From Eremomyces bilateralis CBS 781.70 (lineage: Eukaryota), in the NCBI GenBank assembly GCA_010015585.1, contig ML975156.1: 64,000 nucleotides of DNA, one strand, 5' to 3'. A model generated the notes under the pieces. That model saw nothing but the letters and a program-made list of their open reading frames with translations. It was not told the origin of the DNA and made no database searches. Both the position numbers and the translations under genes were made by a program. Shown here piece by piece: positions 48,361 through 60,575 of this stretch (its first letter is position 1; each line of letters starts with the position of its first letter).

Positions 48361-50235
48361 ATGCCTTGGCTCCCACTCACCGTTGAACGCTTTCATTCAT
48401 ACGTCCCCCCCACAAAATGCATCCCGCAGGAGACCGTCCTGGCCGAGGACTCAATGGGCATCTTCGAGCAGGTCCACGAGCCATGCAAGCCGACGCTCAC
48501 CACCATCCTCTCCAACCCGCTCCTCCTCCATCTCATATCGCCATACATCCCCCTCCCCTCCCTAATCGCCCTCTCTGCCACCTGTCATGACCTACACGGC
48601 CTCTTCGATGCCTCCCCTGTCCCCTACCGCCGTCTCGAGCTCTCCCCTCTCCGCCACGCCTATCCCCCACCCCCCCGTCCTCTCGCCATCGGCGGCACGG
48701 AACAACGCACACAGCAGATGGATGATTCGCTCACCGCGTCGGACTTCTACTCCGCCCCGCTCCGGGGGATATTCGCGCAGCTCTCCCGCAGACACATGCT
48801 CAACCACATCAGCACGATGGTTTTGGACGGTCTGGCGGTCACGGCGGAGTTGGTCCGGGAGATCATCTGCGAGGACCGCTTCAATGTGCGCGTGCTGAGC
48901 ATCCGCGAGGTTAAGCATCTCAACGAGCTCGCGCTGCGGCAGACGCTCCTCTATGCCGCACGACCTGGACGCGCAGATGGCGCGTTGAAGCTTCGCGCGC
49001 TGTATGTCTTCGGGGGCCGTGATCCATTGGAGGAAGCGGAAGATAGCGGCCGAGGCGCCAGGACACGACGTGCGCGGACGCGCAGCCCGCTTCCCGCGAC
49101 TGGCCGACCGGCGCCGCGGAGTCCACATCTGGAGGGCCAGGAAAAGGTTAAGGAAAAGCCCATGAAATCCTGGTATCACCCTTCGGGGCGCATCCTCCCC
49201 CGCCGACCCGATGTCGACTGGGCGACCGTCCTGCATGCCTGTGAGGGACTCATCTACTTCGACGCGGTGCTGTGTCGTGGACCCCGCCACAACCCGTGTC
49301 ATTCCCTCCTCTCCTCGCCCCCCTCCTATCTTCCCGCGGCTCCAACCCCCCCCGCAACCCTTACCTACCTCCCTCCCGCCATCGCCACCATCGCCCTCGG
49401 CCACGGCTGCACTTCCTGCACCTCTTGCCCCGAATCCCCCGCGATCTACGGCTCCTCGCCCTCCCCCCAGCTGCCGCTGCTCGCGCCGCCGCCGCTGCAC
49501 GCGAGCACCGTGCGCGCGGCGCAGTGCCCCCTGGGGATGCTGGAGCGGTGGAACGCGACAGAGACGGGGTACGAGAGCGCGTGGCCGCCGAGGGTGTATG
49601 CGCGGTGCGAGGCGTGCTTGAAGCAGCGGTGGTGTGAGCGGTGTGGGAAATGGTGGTGCGAGGAGTGTTACGATCCGGGACGAGGGGGTGGGGTGCATGG
49701 AGGCGGGGAAGAGGCGGAACATGTGGGTGTGCATGATCAGGGAGGGCAGGTGGAGGAGAATGAGGTGACGATGGATGAGGAGGTGGCGGATGGAGATGGA
49801 CAGCCAGAGAGTGAGGATGAGGCGGATGGTATTAATTGGGCGGCGCTGGCGCTGTATGGCGATTTTGAAGAGGATGTCCGGGCGCGGTTGCGGCGTATGG
49901 GGAGAAAGCATACGCAGCCAATGGGCTCAAAGAGGGAGTGCTTTGGATGCGGTCAGACTGTGAGTTCCGTCCCTTTCCAATCTTTCATCTCTCCCCAACT
50001 GTTTCCCCTTCCTACCAAGCAGATATCGGGCTCTTATATTCGATCTTTTTTCGAGGGAATGGGTCGATCAAGCGTACTAACAATCGTCATGCAGTGCCAC
50101 TCCTGCACCAAACAATTCATCCGCCCGTGCCGCACCTGCCGGAACGAATACTGCGTCCTCGATAATGACGGGAGCTCGGCGACAGACTGCGATTGGTGTC
50201 GCTACAGCGGCCGGCGGACCCTGGATCCGTACTGA
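48361..50235 (+). CDS. F-box-like fungal protein with Cys-rich C-terminus (probable in-frame intron 49960-50094)
   Basis: F-box-like LTTILSNPLLLHLISPYIPLPSLIALSATC; TMVLDGLAVT..FNVRVLSIRE; FDAVLCRGPRH; CEACLKQRWCERCGKWWCEECY; terminal CxxC array. Confidence 0.72.
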   Translation: MPWLPLTVERFHSYVPPTKCIPQETVLAEDSMGIFEQVHEPCKPTLTTILSNPLLLHLISPYIPLPSLIALSATCHDLHGLFDASPVPYRRLELSPLRHAYPPPPRPLAIGGTEQRTQQMDDSLTASDFYSAPLRGIFAQLSRRHMLNHISTMVLDGLAVTAELVREIICEDRFNVRVLSIREVKHLNELALRQTLLYAARPGRADGALKLRALYVFGGRDPLEEAEDSGRGARTRRARTRSPLPATGRPAPRSPHLEGQEKVKEKPMKSWYHPSGRILPRRPDVDWATVLHACEGLIYFDAVLCRGPRHNPCHSLLSSPPSYLPAAPTPPATLTYLPPAIATIALGHGCTSCTSCPESPAIYGSSPSPQLPLLAPPPLHASTVRAAQCPLGMLERWNATETGYESAWPPRVYARCEACLKQRWCERCGKWWCEECYDPGRGGGVHGGGEEAEHVGVHDQGGQVEENEVTMDEEVADGDGQPESEDEADGINWAALALYGDFEEDVRARLRRMGRKHTQPMGSKRECFGCGQTVSSVPFQSFISPQLFPLPTKQISGSYIRSFFEGMGRSSVLTIVMQCHSCTKQFIRPCRTCRNEYCVLDNDGSSATDCDWCRYSGRRTLDPY

Positions 50236-51033
50236 GCGCCACGTGAAGGTACTTGTAAGGCGCATTGAATGCCGTCAAAGGGTGCTATTATGATATTGGG
50301 GGGTTTGTGGAGGGCTATGGACATCTCGACTCTTGGTTGCTTGCGATACCCATATCAATACAGTTGGAACGGTTTTGGGGGGGATGGCAAGCACTCTACT
50401 CACTTGCGATGAAGACTGGGACTTGGGAGCGGTAATGGTGATCGAGGAGACTAGGGAAATGAAGCGCGACGAGATTGCTTCCTGGTGTAGAGTGTGCTAA
50501 GATGTGGCACGTGGTCATCTACGAATCCGTGGCGGAGATACCGAGATGGTTCTGGATACCAACATGGACAGTGATCATGAATCACAACAAACCTTCTGCC
50601 CTACTTCTCCATCTGGGACCGCGTAGGAGTTCTGGATTTATCGTCTCTCAACGGCTTAGATTCCTACATATATACATTTCTAATATATGCCCTCTTCTAC
50701 CTTCTCGACATGTTCCCATGCCTGCCATCACAGCCACCCGAGAGACAGGCACCTGGCTGCAACGAATTATGGCGCGACAATTTTCCACGGTAGAGGTCTG
50801 GTAATTTTCATGTGGCTTCTCGATATATGAATGGTCGAAGAGAATGTCCTGAACCCAAGAATAGTGAGCATATGGCCGATGTATAGACTGGCTTAGGCAC
50901 TGGCACACGATAATCGAAAACTACCGATACTGCTCGAGTACAAACTCACTCCCAGCGACCCAATGGGTTAGGACACGATGCGAGACGGGTTGCTTTGTTG
51001 AGCATGTAAATCACTGTTACGGATCTGCTTCTC

Positions 51034-52393
51034 TCAAAATATCGGCCCTTGTGCTTTTGATTTGGTCGTTTTAGGTAGAGAACCCACTGCTGCGCTAGAA
51101 AACTGGTGAACAAGAGACACGGTGAGCTCAGCGCAATAAAATCGAGGAAAGCAGCACCGAAAACAACCGAGATACTTCATAGCCTTCTTTACCCACGAGA
51201 AATAGATCGCGTACATTGCGGTCGGAGGATTGAATTCCTTGTGATTCATTCTGTGATACAGCCCGTACGGCAATGGCACCGTGACCGTTCCGCTGCATCG
51301 GAGGCATCGAGCAGCCAGCATACATTCCCCTTCCTTATTGATGACAGGCCGATCGCAGTGTATGACCGGACACACGAGTTTGCTCTGGATGGTGTGCCCG
51401 TGGTAGAATTTCGTCGATCAGTTCGGAGGCTGTTGTAGAGGCCGTTGATGCATGTGGTGCACACTATTGCAGGTAGCACATATATGCAGGTGCTGGAGCC
51501 CGGTCCGACCTTGATAATCGCCTCGCAAGCATGTAGACGACACATGTCCACTGGACCGGAGCGATCGACAAGCTCGTTGATCGGATGCGTGAACTCGTTA
51601 TTCTTCCGTTTGACGCAATCAATGCAAGTGTCTCGTGGACAGAATTGAACGTGACTTCGGATCGTGGGGAAGGGTTTATTCAGGGGGACAGTTGAGTGGT
51701 ATGAGTCGGAACACGTTTTAGCTAGTCGATCGAATAGACAGTCTCTTGTCTGGTCCTGGTCCCAGTAGAGCTGCCAGCCACCCAGGCCGCCCCAAGAACA
51801 TATCTCACCTAGTCAATGGCTATCTTTCCCTCTAAATCGGCTTTATCTTGTCCGCCGAAGTGTGAGTAGTAACTGTCCTTTCCTGGGTGCGCAAGGAGAT
51901 AGACGACTCGGACAATGTCTTCCATCTCGAGCACGCTGGCATATCCTCGGACTGTGGGCTCATTCGATAGCCTCTGGAGTAGATGGCCGTGTTGGCTCGG
52001 GAACGTATAGATGAACAATTCGCGCGGAGGGGCAATAGAGGCGTCCGGTTTCGGCGAAGGGCTTGCTTCTGTAGTTTGCGTTAAATTATCTTCCATTGTA
52101 GGTTGTAATGGGCCGCTGTTGAGAAGCTGGGCGGCGGAGTCCATTGCAATCAGTTGAGGGTCGATGTTGGGGTAGGGTTATTCCGCGGCCTGATCAACCG
52201 CATCTTGTAGTTCCTAAGCGATTAGCGGAGAGTGAGACGCAGGGCGCTGAGTGACATGATTTGCTGCTCCTGAATCAATGTCATCAAAGTCGAGGGCTCT
52301 CTCGATTCCCTCGAAGTCGATGTCGCTGTCGATAAATTGGCTACCGATGCCGTTCATGGACGACATATTGAATTCCAACGGGGTGTCATCCAT
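51034..52393 (-). pseudogene. Disrupted Cys-rich orphan gene
   Basis: ATG 52393 is in frame with ORF 51809-52144 through TAG (52214) and TAA (52178); further stops and frameshifts follow; Cys-rich 3' part (CPRDTCIDC, VCTTC, CPVIHC, RCLRC); NIDPQL motif. Confidence 0.55.
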
Positions 52394-54605
52394 TTCTTCC
52401 CGGGACTAGCAATGAATTCGACATGAAGTGTGGGGATTTCGTGACCTTGATCAAACAAGTGATAATGGCCAGTGAGATACCAAAACAAGAGCTCTCTCTG
52501 GTATCTAGGATATAGAAATGATGCTCAGTGGTAAACAAAGAAGCCACAGTGGTAGGCTGCTCAAGAATTTCTGCGAAAGACTATTTTAATGTGTGCAGAG
52601 CAACGGAAAAGAAATAAGGGAAGGGTGAAGCAGGAAATTAGAAAGTTGGGAGGGCCTCAATTCCCTGAAAAGGTGCAATTGATTCATAACAACTAAATGA
52701 CCACAAGCAAAAGTTACAGCATTCAGCATAATTCACAACATACAATATCATTTGCAATCCATTGTGTGCCTTGCATCAAACGCCCTGAAGAGCAAATCTC
52801 GGCATGAGCATGTCTCGGCGGGCAAGTCGATTTCCTCATAGCTAAGCCATGCCTATGACATTGCCCAATTCAATTACCAATCGCTGCTAAGAATGGAGGA
52901 ATTGTCTAAACCTTGGGCAACAAGAACCCCATCACCGCCCTACGAAGAGAGCATGGTCGAATAGCGCCGCGATAGATAAACGATATGAACCCGGTGCACA
53001 ATGTCTACCCCTTTCCAGCACGGACAACTGAGAAATAATCCTGATCGCTGTCCAAGACAAGATAAAGGGAATATAAAAATCGTAGGAAATAGAGAGGACG
53101 AGACGAATATAAAGGACACTAAAAGGAGAATGCAAGAGCGCCGTTTCAGGCAACTAAACAGGCGAATTCGAGATTATACGAGCTGAAGCCAGATTCGACT
53201 GAGAGGAAACCAAGGACAATGTATTTGCGAGCGCCTTCACGGCCGACAATAAAGTTGATAGACTATAAGGATCTACGACAGGGGCTTTGACTTGGACGAG
53301 ATAGGCTATATGACATAAAGGTGCAGATATATGCTCCACTTGTCAATTGAGGAAACCTCCCCTGGCCCCGAGTTCGTCCAAGAAGTCCAAGGCAAATCTA
53401 TTGGGCAGTCGAGTAGGAAATGACGCCTGGACGGATATTCCGTGGCACGGTGATTTCGGGGGAACCAGCTCACATATACGTGCAGCCAGATGTTCCGGTT
53501 CTATTCAATGTCTTTGTTCAAAAGGTCTTTTGCGTTCTGGTTCCATCAGATTATGTTAACTACTTGTGGCAATTGGGCTAACTAAGGTGAGAATGGGGCG
53601 AGGTTAGAAATCGGAAAGAGGTTTGTCCGAACCGCACACGGAGCCTTGCCACTTACCATACCAGAGAGACCGAGAGAGATTCATACGCCCGTCAGGCCTC
53701 TCTGCGAGGCTCATGTGGGGAGGAGCCTTACTATTAATAGGCAGGAAGGGCAATAATAAGGCACCACAATTCCTTCCTCCCGTACGTGCTCTTCCCATCT
53801 GCACCATTCAGGATGGCACAGTATCTGGTGTTCAGGACGTCCTTTCATCAATGGCAATTGATGAATCATGAACAGCCCTTGACGTGCACAAACTCATACG
53901 GATTGGAGTCTAAGGGCGTCTCCTGGCGTTACTCACATTGCAACATCCAAGGGGAGTCAGCCCGAATGCGACTGATTCAAGATGACTTTCGGTGGGTATT
54001 TCTGAATGGCAACCTATGAAGCCAGTTATCGCTCAAGAGCCGCGTTTCTATTATCTTACGTTATGGGAGTACTATTATTCCATACTCAAGTCCAGCTCCT
54101 TTCAGCCCTTCTGTAAATGCCTGTAGAACGGTCATCCCGGACGGGGGCCTTCTACAGGGGCTATTTGTCCCAGTTAGTGTTCGATCTACCACACTTTAAG
54201 TCACCACGATCCTATGATTCGTTTCCCTTCCTATGTCATCAGGCGCTACTACGAAGAATGTACTCGATAGTCGATAATATTGCCATTGTATCTAGTTCTC
54301 GTCAATGCACTTGGACTTGTCGTTCGTTGATTGGTTAATTCAGAGCACAACATACGCGTGTGTCAGAGCTATGCAAGCCTCATATATGGTAGTATGCTTA
54401 CTGAATATGATTGTCGTTGAGCCAAACCTTCCTCATCCACCAATCCACACCGTACTCCATAATCCATACCGAATTCCCATGAGTAGGGATGGGGGCCGAG
54501 ACGATCGGGTCTTAATGTGATGGCGATCTCCCGTCCTTTATAAAGTCAAAAGTCCCAATGAGTTGACCATAATTTTGTGTTATCTTTCTACGACCTTGTT
54601 TCAAT

Positions 54606-56636
54606 ATGAAAATTTATAACTGGCCAGCTCTGCTGCCGTCGATTCAGCTACTATTTGGTATCGCGGAGGCCGTGAAGCCGATCGGAAGCTCGTTTGGAGT
54701 CTCCGGAAGGGATGCCACCTTTGACTATGTCGTAGTTGGCGGAGGCACATCTGGGTTGACAATTGCCGCCCGATTAGCAGAAGAGTATTCCGTTGCTGTA
54801 ATCGAGGCTGGAGGAATCTATCAAGTTGATAACGGCGTCGGCTCGACCATTCCTGGGCTGGTTGGAATCCAGTTCCTCGGATCCGATCCGGCTGACACCC
54901 ATCCTGCAATCGACTGGGGTTTTGTGACTGTCCCCCAAAAGGTATGGTCGGATGAGAGAGGATTGACATATCGCAGCTGACATGGCAAGCCAGCCATTGA
55001 AAGATCGCCGTGTTCACTATGCGCGCGGGAAAACTCTAGGCGGTTCTTCCGCAAGGAACTTCATGGCCTATACTAGGTTTGTCTCGACCCCGCAGCCGTT
55101 CATATCGCCATCTGACCTTAAGTTTAGGCCCAGTAAAGGCGCCATGCAAACGTGGGCAAACGAAGTTGGAGACAAAAGTTACACATGGGAAAACACGCTG
55201 CCTTTCTTCAAGCGCAGCGTGTCCGTCACAAAGCCAGACCTGACAAAGCGATTCCCCAATGCATCCGTTGAGGAAGACTACTCGTCTTACGACAACTCTC
55301 AAAATGGCCCACTCCACATCACATGGCCGGCATGGGCATCGCCTTTCGCCTCTTGGTTCAAGAAAGCTGCATTTGCGATTGGCATGGACGGTACCAGTGG
55401 CTTTACCAATGGTAAACTCTTGGGTTCATCGTGGTTTGTTGCCACCATCAATCCCAAGACCATGGAACGAGAGTCGTCGGCGACCAGTTTCCTGAAGTAT
55501 GCTACGGATACCACTGGCTTGCTAGTTTACAAACAGACATTGGCAAAGAAGATTCTGTTCAATGAAGAAAAGGCTGCCAATGCCGTTGTTGTCGAAACAC
55601 TGGGACTTCGCTATACGCTTTCGGCCACAAAGGAAGTCATTCTCTCCGCCGGCGCGGTCCAGAGCCCGCAACTTCTCATGGTTTCCGGTGTTGGACCGAA
55701 GAAGGTGCTAGAGGGTCTAAATATCCCCGTCATCGCCAATCTGCCCGGTGTTGGACAGAACTTGGAAGACCATCCCCTATCATGTTCAGTTCGACGTGTC
55801 AACCTTATCACGGCATCGAGGATGCTCAACGACCCGGAATATGCGATGAAGGTTCAAAATGACTACGTTCACCATGAATCCGGCCCTCTCACCTCTCCTG
55901 CTGGCGTGATCGCTTTTGAGAAGTTCCCATCCTCGGTGCGGAAGACCTTGTCGAAATCCGCGCTGGATAAACTGAAGTCTTTTCCAGCAGATTGGCCGGA
56001 CCTGGAGTACGCAGTGCTCGACGCGAGCATGGGATATAACCGCAATTACTTGACTGAAGATCCTATGGACGGAAGTAACTATGCCTCAGTCTGTGTCTCG
56101 ATTCAAACAGCCTTCTCCCGCGGAAGCGTCAGCATATCCAGTACCGACATAGCAGATCCCCCTGTTCTGGATGTGGGATGGCTTTCCGACCCGGTCGACG
56201 TCGAACTTCAAATTGCCGCTTTGAGGCGCACACGACAAGTTTGGGAGGCAATGTCCGAGATAACGATTGGGTCGGAGTATTTGCCCGGCCCGAACGTCAC
56301 CTCCGACGCAGAAATCCTCGATTTCCTCGTTGATAGCTTGACCTGGTTTTTCCATGCATCAGCAACGTGCAAGATGGGGAAGCCCTCGGACAAGATGGCG
56401 GTCGTGGACACCAAAGCCCGAGTATTTGGAGTCAAGAATTTGCGCGTTGTGGATGCGAGCGCGTTCCCTTTCTTGCCGCCGGGTCACCCGCAGTCGGTCT
56501 GCTATATGCTGGCTGAGAAGATCGCGGAGGATATCAAGAACGATGATACGAGGTGAGTTGCTTTGCATCGGAAGGAGACATCGTTGCTGATTTTGAGTGC
56601 AGTCGACAACCGGGTACGGGCAAATCCGAGCTTTAA
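54606..56636 (+). CDS. GMC oxidoreductase (AA3_2-like) with signal peptide; introns 54942-54993, 55077-55127 and probably 56553-56602
   Basis: FDYVVVGGGTSG; VAVIEAG; ARGKTLGGSSARNFM; EVILSAGAVQSPQLLMVSGVG; HASATCKMG; LRVVDAS.FP..PPGHPQ. The unspliced form ends at 56556. Confidence 0.92.
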
Positions 56637-57062
56637 TTCTACGGAATTCCCATCGCCTATCATCGAGGACAGTTCGGGTGCACAAATTGATGGCGCTGAA
56701 GCACCTCCAGAATGTCAACGGTCTCATTTGCTTACTTAGCCACACATCACTTCTGGGGATCAGGAATTCCGTCCATTAAGTTCCATGGAAATTAATCAAT
56801 ATATTTTCCCTTTACGAAAGTCAGGAATCATGATCACGGCCGATTTGAAATCAAGTTCATCAACCACAATGCGTTTGGCTTGAATAGCGATTATAGTTAT
56901 GTTTAACTAAGTTACTCAAAGTAACAAGCTCAAGCATTGGTAAGAATACCTTGTCGGTTCTTTTGAGAATAGCTCCAACACTTCAGTCGTACAAGTAAAC
57001 CGGCAGGTTTGCAAAACCGCGCAACCCCCTCTGCGCGTGAAGGCTCAGCACTGAATTATCCT

Positions 57063-57969
57063 TTAACGACCGCCGAGGAGGCTGCCGAACCCGCCGCCGC
57101 TGCCGCCACCAAAGAGGCTGCCGAGTCCACCGCTACCGCCACCGCTGAGACCACCAAGTCCGCCGCTGAGGCCACCAAGACCACCAGCAGCGCCACCAGT
57201 AGAGCCACCAGTAGAGCCGCCAGTTGAGCCGCCAGTTGAGCCGCCAGTTGAACCGCCAGTTGAGCCACCGCCCTGCTTGGCCTTGTTGACTCCGTCGGCA
57301 AGGAATTGCGCAGCGGGGGTGATACTGTCCCCGTAGGTCATGTGGCCCACATTGACCATGAGCATGGCGCCGCAGACACCGTCGCTCTCATTGCAGAAGA
57401 CCTTAACCTTCTCCGGGGGGAAATTGGGGATCTTGCCGTCGTCCTCCTGGTTCTGGGTGTCACCGAACGTAGTGACGGCGGCGATCTTGCTCTTAATATT
57501 CTCAGGGAGGCTCTCGATCGTGCGATGCATGACGGCAGCACCCTGCGAGTATCCTCCGGCGACGATGATGGAATTCGGGCACTTCGAGTTCGCCTCATTG
57601 AAGACCTTAGTAGCGATACTAATCGACGCTTTATCGGTGCCGCCCGTTTGCATATTAGGTCCAATAGATGCGTCATATTCGACACCCTGAACGGCCGTGC
57701 TTGGGACCAGTTTCTTCAGGCCCTCGGCTAAATCGGGCCCGATCAGGAAACCCTTCGTCGAATTAGTCTATGGTTCCGGATTGAAGATCGTGAGGTTTAC
57801 TCACCATATTTCCAGGCTCTGTCGAACCACGCGCAAAGATGAAGATGACGTCCTTGCATGCCCCCTGGCTCAACTCGTTCGAGGACATGCCCAGCTGGCG
57901 CTCGGCCAGTTCGACTGCTGGTGCCGCCGCAGCCAGTGCGGCCAGAGAAATGGTAGACAAAAACCGCAT
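57063..57969 (-). CDS. Cutinase (CE5) with Gly-rich C-terminal tail (intron 57753-57804)
   Basis: Signal peptide; [27 protein letters not shown] nucleophile motif; [15 protein letters not shown] catalytic Asp/His; TATATAAA about 100 bp upstream. Confidence 0.95.
57075..57272 (-). repeat. Coding repeats: (GGST)x6 followed by GGLG/GGLS units
   Basis: 12-bp tandem units such as GAGCCGCCAGTT on the plus strand, within the cutinase tail. Confidence 0.85.
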
Positions 57970-58247
57970 GTTGAAGTTGAAATGGCAGACGTGTAAATGA
58001 AAGAATGAAGTTGGTCAGGATCGTGCTGCGTGCTGAAAAGGGAACCACCGAGTCCAGGACAGCCATAGTCTTTATATATGCTTTTCATCGTCCGGTAGGA
58101 TCCGGATAATAGGCTGCATAAGGCATGAATAGATTGGACAACAACCCCACAATCACGGAGAGAAAGGGGCTAGGACTATCATATTGAGAATCACGCGAGC
58201 AAGGTCAACTTGGATCAATCGTCCCGTAAATGTATACTTGAAGCAAT

Positions 58248-58283
58248 ATGACTTGGAGAATGACTTGGAGAATGACTTGGCAA
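58248..58283. repeat. 12-bp tandem repeat x3 upstream of the cutinase gene
   Basis: ATGACTTGGAGA ATGACTTGGAGA ATGACTTGGCAA. Confidence 0.8.
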
Positions 58284-60575
58284 GGGATTCATTGGCCACC
58301 TGGACGGGCCAAACCAGGGACAAGAAGGTTTGCAACCCTGTTGGATATGCTCCAGAGGCTTAGCCTGGGGTGAATTACCGCTTCATGAAGAGCAAATATG
58401 GGCGCGGCAGCAGATTTCAGTTCCTCTTTACTCTCTTGGATATTTTCTCTCTCCGAATCTGGTAGCCAAGGCCGAGATATAGGTGTGATATATAGTCGTA
58501 CATGATATCCTATCGTACACGTTTCGAGCATATGGAAAACCGCTATCCGGCAGGAGGCTCCGCAGGCATGGTTTATGCACCGGCAGCCAATGACGGCTCA
58601 GAAGGTTTCATGGAACCCCAGTCGGAAGGGATGGTGAAACGGTCGACGCTCGAGCAATCGAGGGACATGGGACGAGATCCCTCATGATGAACGGTTTGAC
58701 AGACCGCTGGTGTTTCTGTTTCAGGGATGTAGCTCTTACACCTTTCGAGAAATCAGTGTTTTGGTTCCTGTCATTCAATACCATCTCCAAGAAGTGAATG
58801 CATCGTGAAAGCATTATGCGGAGTATTATCGTAGCCAAGCAACAGGCGTGCACCAGCCTGGTGGCTGGTAGAGATCTTGAGCCCACCAGCAAGTGCCAAG
58901 GACTCATCACTCAAAGTCATGGGACATCGAACAGAATTAAAAAAATCCATGCGATGCGGATCTCGTCCTGCCAGCTGACTGGTGAGCCAGATTGATTAAT
59001 CCCCATTGATTTTGAGTTCGACCTCACTTCGGTAACGTAGTTCGGTCATCGCGAGGAGCGATCTATGTAAAGCGAGTGAAAGCGAGAAGGCTGATGAGAT
59101 CGCCATCGACTAACTACCTAATTACAGGCTGGTGGGGATTTAGCGCCGTTGGATAATCAGCGATTCAGGGTCGGGGTGAGGAGTGATATAGATTGTTTTC
59201 GGAGGACCTGAAACACCACTCACGAAGAAAGCGAAAAACTCGTACCCTCGATCGCTTCCCCAAAGAATGCCCAGCACCACTAGCTCGTGATATATTAAAG
59301 TAGTTCAGCGCGGAAAATATTGGGTACTTGTCCATGCAGGCATTCGAGCGGCGAGATCATCTCTGATGAGGAACCTCTACACGTTCAATATCATTGTCCA
59401 AGCCATGGCATCGTATATGCGATGCGCATATCGTGACATACTGCGGCTCTCCTTTTCTGGGCAATATCTCTTTCGAGTTCTTATTCGGAAGGCCGGAGAC
59501 CGGTGGGATCGTTCTCGGACTAATCCGATATTCGTCCCAGAAGGATAGGATCGGGGGATTATGGATATGGAATTGGCAGGATAAGGGCCGGGAGGATTGG
59601 CAGCTGTCAGAAGCTTCTCAAGATCGCGGAACGTCGAATTTCTCCGTCGGTAGTGGTCCTTGGAGGTAGTGAATATTCATAGGGCTAGATAAGTAAAAAG
59701 ATCTCTAAAGTCCTGGGCTAAGGGATGGAGAACATCCCTTATGCTATACGCTGGTTAGTCATCGTCTTTGGCCAACGATATCCATAGGGACCGTTGTAGC
59801 TTGGATGAGAGGGAGATGTCCGCGGTCCAGTTCGATCAATTCATAATCAACATTCACAATCGGACGTCCAATTTCTTTTCTCATTCTCCTCTCATGTTCT
59901 ATATTTCCTGTTCAACCTTAGTTATCGATCTATAGATGTGTAAGCGTGTCTCATGCCCCCATGAGACTAGCGAGCACTGAATGGGCTGCGGGCAGGTATC
60001 ATACCGACAAACCAGGAGAACTGCCATACCGGACGATCGAGCAGAATACAATAATTGACCATTATTACAGAAAACCTCACGATTGGCCCAATGCGTGGAG
60101 AGGCATTGTGCAGAAGGCTCGTTTTCGGAATGCTGGTGTAAGAGGTGTTCATCAGGAGACAAAGAAGTCTGCGTGTCTCCTCCGACTTGCAAGTCCATCA
60201 TTCCCCGTCCCATTGGCCAGCAATAGCCGCAACAACCGGAGTACTGCGTAGAAGCTTCCCACGTATCCTTTTCAAGCTTCCAACGAGGCTTCCACAGGCC
60301 ACTCATTCCCGACCGTTCCCGACCAGTATCACCAGCAACTGGCCAATGTTGTTGTCGCCTATTTCGCTAGCACCTGTCTAGTCGCATCGACATAAAGGGC
60401 TGGGTATAGACCTAAACCAGGCAGAGACACCTCAAAGACGAAGAGAGTATCGGGATGGGAGCGGGCACTTGCTCGGTACTAACCCTATATGGCTGTTACA
60501 TTTTGAAATGGTATACTTTGGTATAGGCAGTGATTACAGATAATGGTTCCAGAACCGCCTTCATTCAAGTAGAGC

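Noticed and set aside
48592..49911. 439-aa antisense ORF, and similar long shadow ORFs over the PEX30-like, UFD1-like and ankyrin regions
   Set aside because: Explained by GC-rich codon usage and repeats of the real gene on the other strand or frame.
54606..57969. GMC oxidoreductase plus cutinase as a functional cluster or secondary-metabolite cluster
   Set aside because: Adjacency only; no backbone enzyme, transporter or regulator nearby.
59946..60380. Cys/His-containing fragments that might be a decayed zinc-finger gene
   Set aside because: The motifs are spread over different frames and cannot be assembled with confidence.
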